From Sarea resinae (taxonomy: Eukaryota), in NCBI GenBank assembly GCA_026026165.1, contig JAPEUD010000087.1, positions 1-64,000 on the forward strand: a stretch of 64,000 bases of DNA, read 5' to 3'. The position numbers were made by a program, and so were the translations under genes. This document shows positions 48,080-61,709 of this stretch, piece by piece. The notes beneath the pieces are model-generated. The model ran no database searches, was not told the origin of the DNA, and saw nothing but the letters and a program-made list of their open reading frames with translations. Within the stretch, counting starts at the first letter, position 1. Each line of letters begins with the position of its first letter.

Positions 48080-51000
48080 TCACCCGAGAGAGTACGAAAA
48101 CTCGGCATCAGCTCGCCCGTGATCGTGTTCATGATCATCGTCGCTGGGGCTGAGGCGCAGATCGCCGTCGCCGCCGAGGCCGATGCCGTTCCTGCTGTCA
48201 TGGCCGTCCTCGTCGTCGGCGGCATCGCTATTGTGACGAGAGGGAGTGAGCTCAACACCACCACCACCTGCACCGGGATTTTCAGAATCAGAGCTAGTCG
48301 TAGAATCAGCCTGAACACCACCCTGAAGCTCATCCGCGACCTGGTGTCCCTGCAGCATGCCGAGCAAGAGGGCACTCCGCTCCTGAGGATCCGTGACGCC
48401 GAATCTGGTCCTGACGATCTCGTCGGCCTGTTCGAACGAGACGCCACGCATCGGCGGCGCTGGAGCCTGCTCATCCGTCGTGCTCATCAATGCCGCCGGA
48501 GTGGCCTCGTCGCCGCTGTCGCCGGCTGCATCTTCCGCCACAGTAGCAATTGCCGTCGCGATCGCGGTGGCGGTGGCCACGTCACGACCAAGTCTCTCGT
48601 CGGCCGCCGCCGGAGAAGAGGGAGAGGAGGGGGAGGATCGCAGGATGGCGGCTATGCTTTGCCGGACGCGCTGTCTCATCCTTTCGCTCTCGCGGGCCCG
48701 GCCCCGGGCCATTGCGCTCTCCCTAGCCCTTGCGCGCTCCTGCTCACCACCAACACCTTCGACCGATCCATCTCCACGTACCGTCACGCCCTCCTCGGTG
48801 AAGCGACTGCTCCTGTTCCGCTGAATCGGACCCCGGAGCAGACCAGTGCCACTCCCAACATGAGACATCCTCCTCTCCCGATCACGTTCGGCAGACTCAG
48901 TCTCATGGCCCTCGTGACGGCGCGCCTCGCGTTCAGCCGCATCCCTCTCCATCTGCTCTTCCCTCTCGCGTTCGGCGGCAAGAGCTCGTTGGCGAGACTC
49001 GGGGACAACCAGGTAGTCCTGCTCCACTTCTACCGTGGCCTGTGGATGATCAGAGCGTCGGCGGGCGTTTCTCAGTTGGCGGACATGTGATGCCGACATC
49101 GACGGCGGTGGAGCACTAGGAAGGGAAACATCGCCGTCCCCTTGAGCTTCTGCGTCGTCTCGAAAAGGATTGTCGTCATTGATTTCTTCTTGGAGACGTG
49201 CAATATTTGAGGCGTCAATACGGTTCCCAAGGAAATGCGAATCACCGTTCGTATACCCGCTCATATAGATATCCCCAGAACCGTCCGCAGAGGTAGCGAC
49301 GCCGATCATGCCATCAGCAGCACCATCCGTACCACCAGCACCCACTTCATTCATAGCAGCACGACCAGAGTCACCAGGAGGATTGCGAACGGCGTGCCGT
49401 AGCCTCTCGGAAGCCCGAGTAGGACTACTGCCCTCAGACCCGCTCACACGACCCAACATCCTCGCGAACAGGTTCCATGCAGATGCTGAGCGCGCTCGTG
49501 GGTTCCTGCTACCGATGTGATGGTCGCGCGAGTACGGAGTTCGGCTGAGGTTTCGCTGCTCGTGGGATCGGCGCCTCCTACGAGGATTGGCGATAGTAGG
49601 GCTGGGACAAATGCCGGCCATGGATGAATCAGTCGGTGACGCGGTGACGGTCAACCCCGGCGCAAAAGGGGCGCTTCGTACGCCAATCTGACTGCTGACC
49701 TGACCACGATCCTGAACATCACCATCGCCGCCCCCAACACTTTCCCTAGGGCGAGCGAAGAGGTTGAAAAATCCTCCATGATGCGGACGACGTGGTTCTA
49801 GATTCGCCGGTGTTTGAGGCTGCGAGTCCGGAGGTAGAGAGTCATTGTAGACAGCCATGCTGTGGTGCGGCGTATTAGGTGGCGGAGGGTCAGGTGAGGG
49901 GGTATAGTGTGGAGCTGCGCGGGCTGCTTGAGGGTGGTCAGGGGGCGCGGGCGGTCGTTGGTGGCCTTGTTGGCCTTGTTGACCTCGTTGACTTTGATGA
50001 CCCTGGTGAGGTCGTGCATGTCGCTGACCTCGCTCCCATCGTTGACCGTGCTGACCCTGTTCGCGACCTTGATGCCGTCCACGCTCATGATGAGTCTGTT
50101 GCCACTGTTGCTCACCGGACGAAATTAAACCCGAGGTCTGGCTGGAAGGATTTGGCGATACTCTGGGATGATATCTGTGCGCTGGAGGTGCCAGGACATC
50201 GTGCATCGATGGCAGGCTATACTGGCTAGAAGGTGAGGCTGTAGCGTAACCCGGGTATGGGCCAATTCCGTGATGATCATAAGTCGAGTGCATAGCCGTC
50301 TGGGCACCATCCACAAAAGGAGAAGCCATTGGCTGGTAAGGTTCTTCTGATAGCCACTCGGGTTGATCATGGAGGATATTGTCCGAACTCCACGGCGTCG
50401 AGGAGGACATTGAGAACAGGGGCGCGCGGGCGTTGAGATGTGGGTTCAGTACATGCAACCGTGAAGATGGCACGCTGCTTGTTGCATCTGTAGAAGCTGG
50501 ATGACTCTGTTGTCGAGGAAGGACTGTGGGAAGACGTTGGTCGGCAAAACGAGAGGCTTCGGATGGCACGAGCGGGGTGGTGCTTTGCTCAAGCTCGACA
50601 AGTGTGCGTTGAGGGCTTGTCTCTAGGGATTCGGGAGCACTGTTGCCCATTTCGCCGTGTCTCAGTACTGCTCGGGCGGGAGAAGACGAAGCCGAAATAG
50701 GGTATGCATTCACAATCGAGGGATTATCGTCGGCGGCGCTGAGGCTTCGATTCGAGCTGTCATCAGGCTCAGACTCGACGTATGAATAGGTATGGCTTCT
50801 TTGTCGATAACGACGGTTTCGAACCCACCTTCGATCAGCGGTTGATGGATGCGGTATCGGTGACCGAAGTGGCCCTTCACAAGTCTGACTAGCATCATCC
50901 TTTCCAGGGGAAGTTGAAGCTGCTGATTGAGAGATATGGAGGGATGACCGAGGAATGCCAGCCTGTACGCGCTGTCGTGGCTGTCGCGTCAGTTCCAAAG

Positions 51001-51841
51001 ATCGATGTGGGCTTGCAGCTGTTGATAGCGATTCCGGTGGTGACAGCTCGATGCCCCTCAAATTTGTCATGTAAGGAAACGTTTGATGTTGAGCTTGTAG
51101 CTGTGTATCAAAAGGCTCGTCGATGTCCATGAACTCTGGAAAAGGCTCAAGGCTGCCATCATCTCCTTCTCTCGCGACATTACTGGTAAAAGCTGGGTCT
51201 AGGAGCTGATGGCTAGGAGGGGAAATGTTTTCGGGATCATCGACTTGAACCCGCTGGTCAATAGGACCGATGATTCGAGGCGGACTCGGGAGAATAATAG
51301 CATCGTCAGCGAAAGGATTCACTAGGCTATTAGAGTCATAGATTGCTGGCGTTCTAGGGCTTTCTCCTCCATGAATATCATGAACATCGCCTTCTCTTTG
51401 CGCTGAGGACATTTCCTCACGAGGACCCCCGTCGAAAATGTCTTCCTCAGCGTTGAAGTATTCGGTACTGTTGTCCTCGCTGTTGGTAACGTCAGCTACA
51501 ATAGTCCGACGAGCACCGTGAGAAGTCTCTCGAGGCCGTGGTGACGGTCCATGAATAGCAAGGGAACGTAGAGCAGTCCAAAAAGCTCCTGTTCTTCGAG
51601 GTATTGTGGTGCGAGGTGGCGAAGTTACTCTTGGATTGTCCGTTGGGCTAGATGATTGCTGATCTGGACGCGTCGGCGCGACACGCTGCTGGGTTCCTTG
51701 AAGTTCGGCGTCTATTCTTTGGATAATGTTTACTGCGCGAGTATGAGCTGCACGATTAAGGGAAGTTTCATGGAGACGCCGAGCGGTCAAGTTGACTTCA
51801 CCCGCCGTGAGTATGATCTGAGACGGAGGCGGGCGAATCAT
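48080..51841 (-). CDS. Large intrinsically disordered protein (1253 aa) with a possible Cdc26-like N-terminal peptide
   Basis: 3.76-kb uninterrupted ORF rich in P/S/R/Q; starts MIRPPPSQIILTAGEV; 3' end could be extended by splicing (GTGAGT overlaps the stop). Confidence 0.75.
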   Translation of the reverse strand: MIRPPPSQIILTAGEVNLTARRLHETSLNRAAHTRAVNIIQRIDAELQGTQQRVAPTRPDQQSSSPTDNPRVTSPPRTTIPRRTGAFWTALRSLAIHGPSPRPRETSHGARRTIVADVTNSEDNSTEYFNAEEDIFDGGPREEMSSAQREGDVHDIHGGESPRTPAIYDSNSLVNPFADDAIILPSPPRIIGPIDQRVQVDDPENISPPSHQLLDPAFTSNVAREGDDGSLEPFPEFMDIDEPFDTQLQAQHQTFPYMTNLRGIELSPPESLSTAASPHRSLELTRQPRQRVQAGIPRSSLHISQSAASTSPGKDDASQTCEGPLRSPIPHPSTADRRWVRNRRYRQRSHTYSYVESEPDDSSNRSLSAADDNPSIVNAYPISASSSPARAVLRHGEMGNSAPESLETSPQRTLVELEQSTTPLVPSEASRFADQRLPTVLPRQQSHPASTDATSSVPSSRLHVLNPHLNARAPLFSMSSSTPWSSDNILHDQPEWLSEEPYQPMASPFVDGAQTAMHSTYDHHGIGPYPGYATASPSSQYSLPSMHDVLAPPAHRYHPRVSPNPSSQTSGLISSGEQQWQQTHHERGRHQGREQGQHGQRWERGQRHARPHQGHQSQRGQQGQQGHQRPPAPPDHPQAARAAPHYTPSPDPPPPNTPHHSMAVYNDSLPPDSQPQTPANLEPRRPHHGGFFNLFARPRESVGGGDGDVQDRGQVSSQIGVRSAPFAPGLTVTASPTDSSMAGICPSPTIANPRRRRRSHEQRNLSRTPYSRDHHIGSRNPRARSASAWNLFARMLGRVSGSEGSSPTRASERLRHAVRNPPGDSGRAAMNEVGAGGTDGAADGMIGVATSADGSGDIYMSGYTNGDSHFLGNRIDASNIARLQEEINDDNPFRDDAEAQGDGDVSLPSAPPPSMSASHVRQLRNARRRSDHPQATVEVEQDYLVVPESRQRALAAEREREEQMERDAAEREARRHEGHETESAERDRERRMSHVGSGTGLLRGPIQRNRSSRFTEEGVTVRGDGSVEGVGGEQERARARESAMARGRARESERMRQRVRQSIAAILRSSPSSPSSPAAADERLGRDVATATAIATAIATVAEDAAGDSGDEATPAALMSTTDEQAPAPPMRGVSFEQADEIVRTRFGVTDPQERSALLLGMLQGHQVADELQGGVQADSTTSSDSENPGAGGGGVELTPSRHNSDAADDEDGHDSRNGIGLGGDGDLRLSPSDDDHEHDHGRADAEFSYSLG

Positions 51842-52129
51842 GCTGTTCGAGTGATGGTGTAGAGGGAGACGCTACCTGTGAATCTCCTGAGATGGGAGAA
51901 AACGCCATCGCCGGAGCATCTGCTATGTTGAACTAATGAGTGTTGTTAGAGACTACTATGAGTAGACGCGAACAGATCAGGCAGTGACGGGATGTTAAGA
52001 AGCGACTGCCGCGTTTGGCAGGACCCGCCATGACTGAATTTTCTACCTAATCGCGATCAACACAGAATTGGGCAGAAACATTCTTTTATAGAGATGGGAT
52101 GTTCTCTGATCATCGTCCCTCCAGCTTGT

Positions 52130-53243
52130 CTAGATGTACGTCAATATCTCAGGCAGATAGTTCTCATATGCAACCCCAGACGGCGGCTCCATATTGAACA
52201 TGTAGTCGCCCCACCATGGCCCTCCACCCCACCAAAGAGCGCCCGCCCAAACATCCGTGTTGCTCTTCAGGTACGAGAGCATATCCTTAACTGCAGACTG
52301 GCAGACGTCATTGTTGCCTGCTGCAAATTCTCCGATGATACCCTTCTTGCCGTTCTGTTGCAGCCATTGCGTCGCGGCCTGCAGACGACTTGAGCCAATA
52401 GTAGAGTTCACGCATTCAGCGTTCGTGCCACTGCTATCGCTATCCAGGTACTGGTGCATTTCGTATACGAGATTGTCGTTCGGATCGGTCAGTTTCAATA
52501 GACTGTCGCCATTGCCTGAGCTGACCCAGCTCCAGGCGCCCGTCCACGCATTGCCTTCGATAAGGATAGTCTGACTCGTCGCTCCGGCAGCTCGAATGCC
52601 ATTGATGGCCGCTTGGTTGAGTTCGACTACAAGAGACTGGTCCATGTCGTGGTACTCGTTGTTGGTATCGAAAAGGACGCGAGTGTTGGAAGCAAACTGC
52701 GTCGCGACCGTCTTCCACCAGGCCTGGAAGCCTGCAGTATCGGTGATGATATTGCTGTAGTAGCGACCATAGTTGTGAGGATCAATGATGGCATAGGCCG
52801 ACTTGTCATTGGTGATATGATTCACAAGCTAGAGGTGAGTCAGATCAGCACGAAAGTGTCTTCGAACCATCCCACGTACGCTGGTGAGACTAGAGAGATA
52901 GGTCGCATCGAGAGATCCCGTCAGATTGTTGGGGATGAGTCTCTCCATGAGGAAGGGAACCCGGAAGATGTTCAAGCCTTTAGAAACGAGGGTCTGTGTA
53001 TATCAGTCAGCTCTTGATCCTTGGTCGTGCGTGTTGACTCATGTGTTCTCATACGTCAATGCTGCTGTCCACCGGCCAAGTATAATCAGTTCCCAGGGTC
53101 CCCGGGAGGTTGCTGGGACCGAATTCTGCTCCAGATTCGTCCACGCCGAAGTATTGGAAGTTGGACACACGCTTGTGCTTCAGAGGAACCGCAATTGACA
53201 ATGCCACTGTGCCAGCAGCGGCAAAAAGGGAGAGGAAACGCAT
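52130..53243 (-). CDS. Secreted GH5 (subfamily 5-like) endo-beta-1,4-glucanase without CBM1; exons 53243-53055, 52993-52880, 52828-52130
   Basis: Signal peptide; FGVDESGAEFG, FRVPFLMER, IIDPHNYGRY; acid/base NNEY; HQYLD; nucleophile GEF; WWGGGPWW. Confidence 0.95.
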
Positions 53244-53394
53244 CGCTGCGGCCTGAAAGAGAGACAAGAAGCCAAATGAGTGAAGTGAGATGTCTAATCT
53301 CGAGGATGATGGTAGGAGAAGATATATTCCCAGGCTCTGGCAGGAGAACTGGTCAGCTATATAGTAAGAGATTAACCGCTCGGAGTCCGGGTTT

Positions 53395-53411
53395 CGGCCA
53401 TGAACAGGCCG
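53395..53411. promoter_or_regulatory. CGG-N11-CCG Zn2Cys6 site upstream of the GH5 gene
   Basis: CGG-CCATGAACAGG-CCG ~150 bp upstream of the ATG and ~30 bp upstream of a TATA-like CTATATAG (53357-53364). Confidence 0.45.
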
Positions 53412-54778
53412 GCTCGACGATTCCTCTCACGATACGAGTGTTCGATCCTTGGGATCCTGGAAACCCTTGGATTCTCGCACGACCAAAGGCCTCGATCGGT
53501 GTCTCAAACTCGCTAGCCAGGAATGTCGGCGTGGTCTGCCAGACCCGGGAACATGCGGCATGAAGTCTGCATTGCAGAAAAGAGAGCATGGAGTGATCGC
53601 CGCCTTCGAGAATCAGCTCAGCTGTGCTTGAAGACAGGTCTCGAACGAGCGGGAGAGGGGAGAAGCAGCCATGCGTTTCGCAGTTTAGGCAGAGCAAGGA
53701 GGAAGCCTGCAATTAACTGATGAAACGTTGGCGATGTCTATGAATCTTCGGAAGGTCTCCCGAGAAGAGCTAGGCGTAAACCCGGACGACAAGGCAAGCA
53801 AGCCATGGCTCAATCACACGCCACGATGGACAGCTACTCCGGAGTACTATGTAAGATGCGTGTCGCTGGGATCGTGAGTAAATCTCGCCAAGATGCCATT
53901 GATGCGATCGATGACTTTCTGGTTCGGTTCTAAACTCCACATGAAACCGTGGAAGGGTACCTTAGGGTCGGCAATTAGAGTATTTCGTGGGTGCTAAGCG
54001 TAGCCCTAGCGGAGGTAGCTTATGAGCCTAAATGCATATAGCTTCTTACCTAATATTTAATATTTACCTATTAGAGATGATGCTGTCGATGCATTCATTG
54101 TACTCGGTCAATCACACAGACTCAAACGAACAAGATCTTAGATTACTTCCATTTCCCATCCTACAAGACTCCGACTCGCGGAATATATGAGTTGAAGTTC
54201 GGTTTAGGTTGATCGCGTAGAATCGGAGAGAGAACGAAAAGAAGAGGACCAGTTTGGAGAGAGACGCTATGAAAGAAAGACTGCAAGGAAGAAGATGCCA
54301 GTCCAGTCGTAGGCTCATAAAGGAGGATCGAATAGAGACACAGAAGATAAGAGTTCCGCTCGGTGAACTTCAACTCGCTTGCTCATATGATAAGGTATGT
54401 ACACTACTAAGAAGATGGATTGAAGAAGATGGACCCCACCGCTCGCTTGATGAGTGCATGCCGTGATGAACGTGAAAGGAAAAATTGGTGTATCCGAAGG
54501 CGAATCAGATGAGTATGGGACAGTAAAGGAAGGCGTTAAAGAAGAGAAGATAGGTCGACGTCATGCTCGCGTATGCATCCAAACAGAGAAACAAGAAGAG
54601 ACAGGACGGATGGAACAAAGCCTCAGAAATTACGAAAAGGCTCGATACGCATATGGAGATGCCCAGTGGTAAGATTCATCAAGACAACGGAAATAGCAGG
54701 AGCAGTATCCCCAACCCAGCAACAATGTCCCCGAGCCTCCAAACACAAAATCGAGAGCAGTCCCCAACCAACTCAGTC

Positions 54779-57498
54779 TCAGAAGACAGCAGCTAGCCCA
54801 CTCTTGCTCTGTCTCTTGCTGAATCTCTTCCTACCTTTTGGACTCTCCTCCCCCAGTATCCCAGCTATCCCCCCACCCCCAGGATTCTTCGTGAGCATAT
54901 GTCTGCCGCCACCGGATCTACTTTCTCTGTCCCTTTCGCCCTCGAAGGGTGCACCACCTCCTCCAAACGCGGCGTCTGCGCCCTCGAGCGTGCTAGCGGG
55001 ACTGGACTCGGCGGGCTGCAGGTCGCGAAATGCGTCGTCGCCAGAGTATGAGTTGGAGATGGTTTGGGAAAGCGCAAGATCTTTGGCGCGGTCGAGCGTG
55101 TCGAGCCATTCTTCCGCCGAGGCTTGTGAGGTGGTGGGCGAAGGCGAGGAGGAAGATGAGCTCTTAGGATCTTCGAAGGTGTAGTGTTTGTCGCGCTGTT
55201 AGTGCGGACCAGTTAGCCGACATTGAGAGATGGAATCAAAGGCGTGGGCGATAGACATACCGTATCGACAGCCCAAGAGACAATGCCCTTGGCGTCAGTC
55301 ATCGTCCTCCATGAAGTCCCAGGAGCGGAAAGAGAAACCTCCATCTTCGTCTTTTTCTCATCGCCTCCTGCTGCAGCCATGATGATGCGGGCGCTGGACG
55401 TGACCATGACCAGACGCTGGCGCTTCTTTGTTCCACCACCCCCAAAGAAACGTGAGAACTTTCGCGGATGCTCGAATGGTGCGTCACCATGTCCGGATTT
55501 TGAAGTAGGACTATGCGGCGCAGGGGCAGCTAAGACGAGTAGATTTCCTAGTTTCAATATCCGCTCGTTCGATCGCGTGAGGACGGGTGACCATTCGATA
55601 TCAAGCTGGGTGGGTGGCGGTAGCTCGGTCACGAGCCTTGGATGCGGTCGTACCGCACCATTCGGCACCAGCGCTGATGTCGAGACGCTTTTGGAATGTG
55701 ACGAGATGTTGGGTGGGAAGCTGCTGCCGCTCCCATTGCCATTGAGCTTGATCGGTTCCTGAGCTGGGGGAACATAACTCCTCAGTCGAGGCGCCTTTTG
55801 CTTCCACAAGCCTCGTCCCCAAACAATCCCGTCGAAGAATTGATGGTTCTTGATGTGCTCGATTTGTAGTCGTTTTGCCGGATCTAGAACAAGGAGTCGC
55901 TCGACGAGATCTCGGGCAACGTCGGGAAACCCGATGGGAAACTCGTAGTCCAAGCCCACAATCTTTTGAAAGGTTTGGTACTCATTGCCAGCTTTGAAAG
56001 GCGGTCTGCCAGCTAACAATTGATAGATGATGCAGCCGAATGCCCAAAGATCGCTCGCTTTGCAAGCATTCTTATCTGTCAGTAACTCTGGGCTCACATA
56101 CTCTGCCGTACCCACGAAGGAGTTGGCCCGATCGTCGTCAACACCGTCTAAAGGATCTCCCGAGAAACTAGCGCCGGAGCCATCGTTTTCTCTCGGCTTA
56201 GGTGGATCGAGAATCTTGGCAGTCCCGAAATCCGTGATCTTGACGTGCATTTGATCATCCAGGAGGACATTCTCGGGCTTAAGATCACGATGTATGACCC
56301 CTTTCGAATGCATGTAATCTATTGCGTCCAAGATCTGGGCACCATAAAACCGGGTGCAATCCACGTCAAAGGTCGTCATCCTCTTAAGGACACCTAAGAG
56401 TTCCCCACCGCTTGCGAGGTCCAAAACGAAGTACAATGAGCGTTCGTCTTGAAACGTATAGTATAGCCGCACAATGCCAGGATGATCGGTGAGCCGGTTG
56501 AGCGTGTCCTTCTCGATGTTGACATACTTGACCTTCTTCTCTTTGATTATATGTCTCTTGTCCAATACCTTGATCGCGTATTCTCGCAGTGTCTGTCGAT
56601 CTGTTGCGGCCAATACGGTACTGTATGACCCCTCGCCCAACGTTCGACCAAAATTGAAATCTTTGACGCCCTTCTTCACGAACTTCGACACTGGATTCCC
56701 ATTCCCATCTACAGCTTGACGGACCCCCACAGCCGCACCGCGCTCTTTCCACTCCTCGCTACTTGGTAATGGCCCTCCTTCGACGCCATAAGGTGCGGTA
56801 GGTATTCCAGCCACCGTGGCCGTTGGTGGCAATCCACTCGTGTGTCCACCGCCCATTCCTCTTGAGCTTCTCCGTGGCGGCAAAGGCGCAACTGGCTGAC
56901 TTGTTCGATAGGATCTATCACTATGGCTCCCTTCTCGACTGAGTACCCCAGCCTGCATTGCCGACGCCGCTCCTCTCGAATCACTTCTCCGCGGAGTGCC
57001 CGATATTGAAGACCGTGAGGATTCACTCCTCAGACGGTACGATCCCTCTCTCATGACCCCTGGTGCGGTTGGCACACTCGGTCTATGCGGATATATCGTT
57101 GAGTTTGGCCGCGGGGGCATGGGGACAGGGTATCGTTGTGGCTGTTGTTGGGCTTCGTAGTTGTATCCAGCCTGACTAGCGGACTGTAACGGTTGTTCTT
57201 GGAGGAGCGGCGGTGAAGCGTTGGGGGTGCCTCTTGAATCTAGCGATGCCGAGTCGAGGTAGTTGAAGGCAGAAGGTGAGGGCGAACGGCTGGAGCCTTC
57301 CATCGACGGTGGAGGCATTAGATGAGGACTGTAGCCATCATCCAGCGTGTTGAGCAATGAGCTCGAAGACGTCCGTGCCGGATTCGACGATGCGAGCGGA
57401 GCGGAGCTATCTCTTGCAGGTGGAGTCGAGCTGACGTCGTCGGGATTGGCAATACGCAGACCACCGAAGGACTGAGATAGGCTCAAGTCGCCCTCCAT
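54779..57498 (-). CDS. PKH1: PDK1-family AGC Ser/Thr kinase (Pkh1/2, Ksg1-like) with a C-terminal PH-like region; exons 57498-55261, 55195-54779
   Basis: LGEGSYSTV, YAIKVLDKRHIIKEKKVKYVNIEK, HRDLKPEN, DFGTAK and RANSFVGTAEYVSPELL; intron GTATGT..CAG; ends KSGLAAVF*. Confidence 0.93.
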
Positions 57499-59885
57499 GC
57501 CGTACGGCTAGGGCTAGGAGTCACTGGGACTCCAAGCCTCACGAAATGGAGGATAGATACTGGGTAGCTCGTCGAGCAAGAGCGATTGGGAAGCTTCGAG
57601 AGATCGAGATGGGTAGGAGCACCTTGGGTACCAGGGTTTGTGTCAATACCGGCCTAGCTGATGACGGCGGTGGTGAGACTGAAAGACCAGCTAAGGTTGT
57701 TTGATGGAGGGCTATCAAAGAGTGTAGATGTGGCATTCACGATCAAATGCCTCGAGGAAGCTGATGCATCAAGGGCAAGCGTGATCGGGTCGTTGTGGGG
57801 GGCCCGGGAGGAGCGAGTGGGTAGTAGTCGTTGGTAGTGAGAGCCCTGGAGTGTTGTGTGGTGGTCTCTCTCTTTCGGGAAAGGGGAGTGAAGCGAGTGA
57901 TGATGGCGATGGGGATTTGGGTCGACGAGATTGACGTATACGATGATCGACGATGAATGAGGACAAGGGAATGCCAATGAACGCAACGATTGCGGTGGTC
58001 CAAGAGACGTCCAAGATACCGTACATACGGTAGGCAGGTGGAGCGGGTATAATTGAGGCTCCAGGACGCTGTTACAATGGACACCATGGACACCATGGAT
58101 GAATATTACGACTGCTGGCCTCTACTTCCATCCTCTACGAAGTGACTTCGGACAATGGCACGAATGATCGGCGGAGGCGGGAGGAGGCGAGGCATTCGAG
58201 AGCTAAAAGAGTCAGTCAGTCAGCAGCACCGTACACGATAGGTAAGGTAAGGTAGCCACCTAAGTAATCGTGGTACGAAGTGACTACCTTACCATCACCA
58301 AGTTCAATTTGAATGTTGGCCATGAACCGTCAGGCGAGCGCGGGAGCTTGTCGACCAGGTTGGAAAGAAATCTTGGGGTGAGTCCCCAGTTCGAATTCAA
58401 TTACTATATTCCCTGCTGCCCCACGATCGCCGGACAAAGAAACAGATATACTCGGAGTACTTCTACTCTGCTGGCAAGCTTGGTCTCTGTTGGGTCTTTT
58501 GATCCTATTTTGACACTGTGTGAGTTCTTACTAGTATCATTCACTATATACCTATCTAGCTGTATCCTTCAGTGATAAATGATGCCTCTTCATGGGAGAA
58601 GCCTCCTGCCCCCACACAACGGTGCAGGGAGCAAGGAGCAGGGAGCAGTGCGCGCAGTATCAATTTAACAGAACCTGAAATATCATCTACAAATTCGCCA
58701 AGTCCAATCTACTCCGATACTGCGCAGTACGAAGTATACTTTCCCACTTTGCTGCGCCGAGCTCTGTGATCGACCAGTCCCACTTATGAGGTATGGAGTA
58801 CGCAGCACAGTACAACGAATCCACCCGTGATCGGTACTCTTACCTGAGGCTGGGGACGATATCAAACTGAATGGGTGATGTTGCCTCACCAAACCGAAGA
58901 CGGATCGTCAGTGGGCGAGAGCGGTGGCCAAAAGGTGACGCGTAATCGAGAGGGCACGCGGACGAGTGGGTGAGTACTATGTAGTATATCTATCCGTAAG
59001 TGAGTAAGGTAGGTAGTAGGTAAGGCAGGTATCAAACGTATTCATCTCTAGGTACTCGTACCGTACGCAGCAAGTCTGTTAGGCATTATTCACGTATTCA
59101 CGGCCGCGCCTCACTCACCTTACATATCCAGCCATAGCGTCGGAACCCTTGCATGAACGATGATGCCATGGTGCGCGGGCCAAGATGTTCGATTCGAAAA
59201 TAGAATCAAGATCGGCACCCAGAGAGGGTGTACTCCGTATTCATCGATCCCTCGATTCTCATCGTCGTCTCTTTTGAATGATCTCTTACTACCTAAAGTA
59301 CCTATAGATATCGGATCGATCCGCTCTGCCATGCTGACTCAGTCAGTGGACAGGTGTGATTCTTCCATACCTGTCGGCCAGCTCAGAGAGAAGTTGGACG
59401 GGAGCAAGAAAGAAGTGGAAAAACCCCGGGCCACCGCCAGCAAATATGATGGTCATGTCGTCGGTTGCACCCATAGCTTTCACTTGATCCGTTCAGGCCA
59501 ATCTCTGGGCTAGATGTCTGGTCAAGTGAAAAGATGCACAAGGTACAAAGTGTGAAGAGATTTCTGAGTCACATGCTTGGAATTCTCTTCGTTATTTACC
59601 ATGGCTTATTCATTCCTTCTTCTAAAACGTAAGACTGTTGTTTCACATCATCTCTACTTCCTCGCCCTGAACCACCCTGCCAATAGACCCCTCGCCCGTT
59701 CTACAACGGTCCAGCCAGCCAGACAAGGCAAGACAAGACAGCAGATCTAAATCAGCAAAACTGGCATCTCTAGATGAGCAACCAACAATAGCCCGATCCA
59801 CCCGCATTGTGGAACGCCTATAAGCAGCCTGATATGGGGCAGCCAGAGAGGGGAGGAAGGCTTTCATCTCAAGAAATTTCCCCAT

Positions 59886-61709
<1,824 letters not shown>

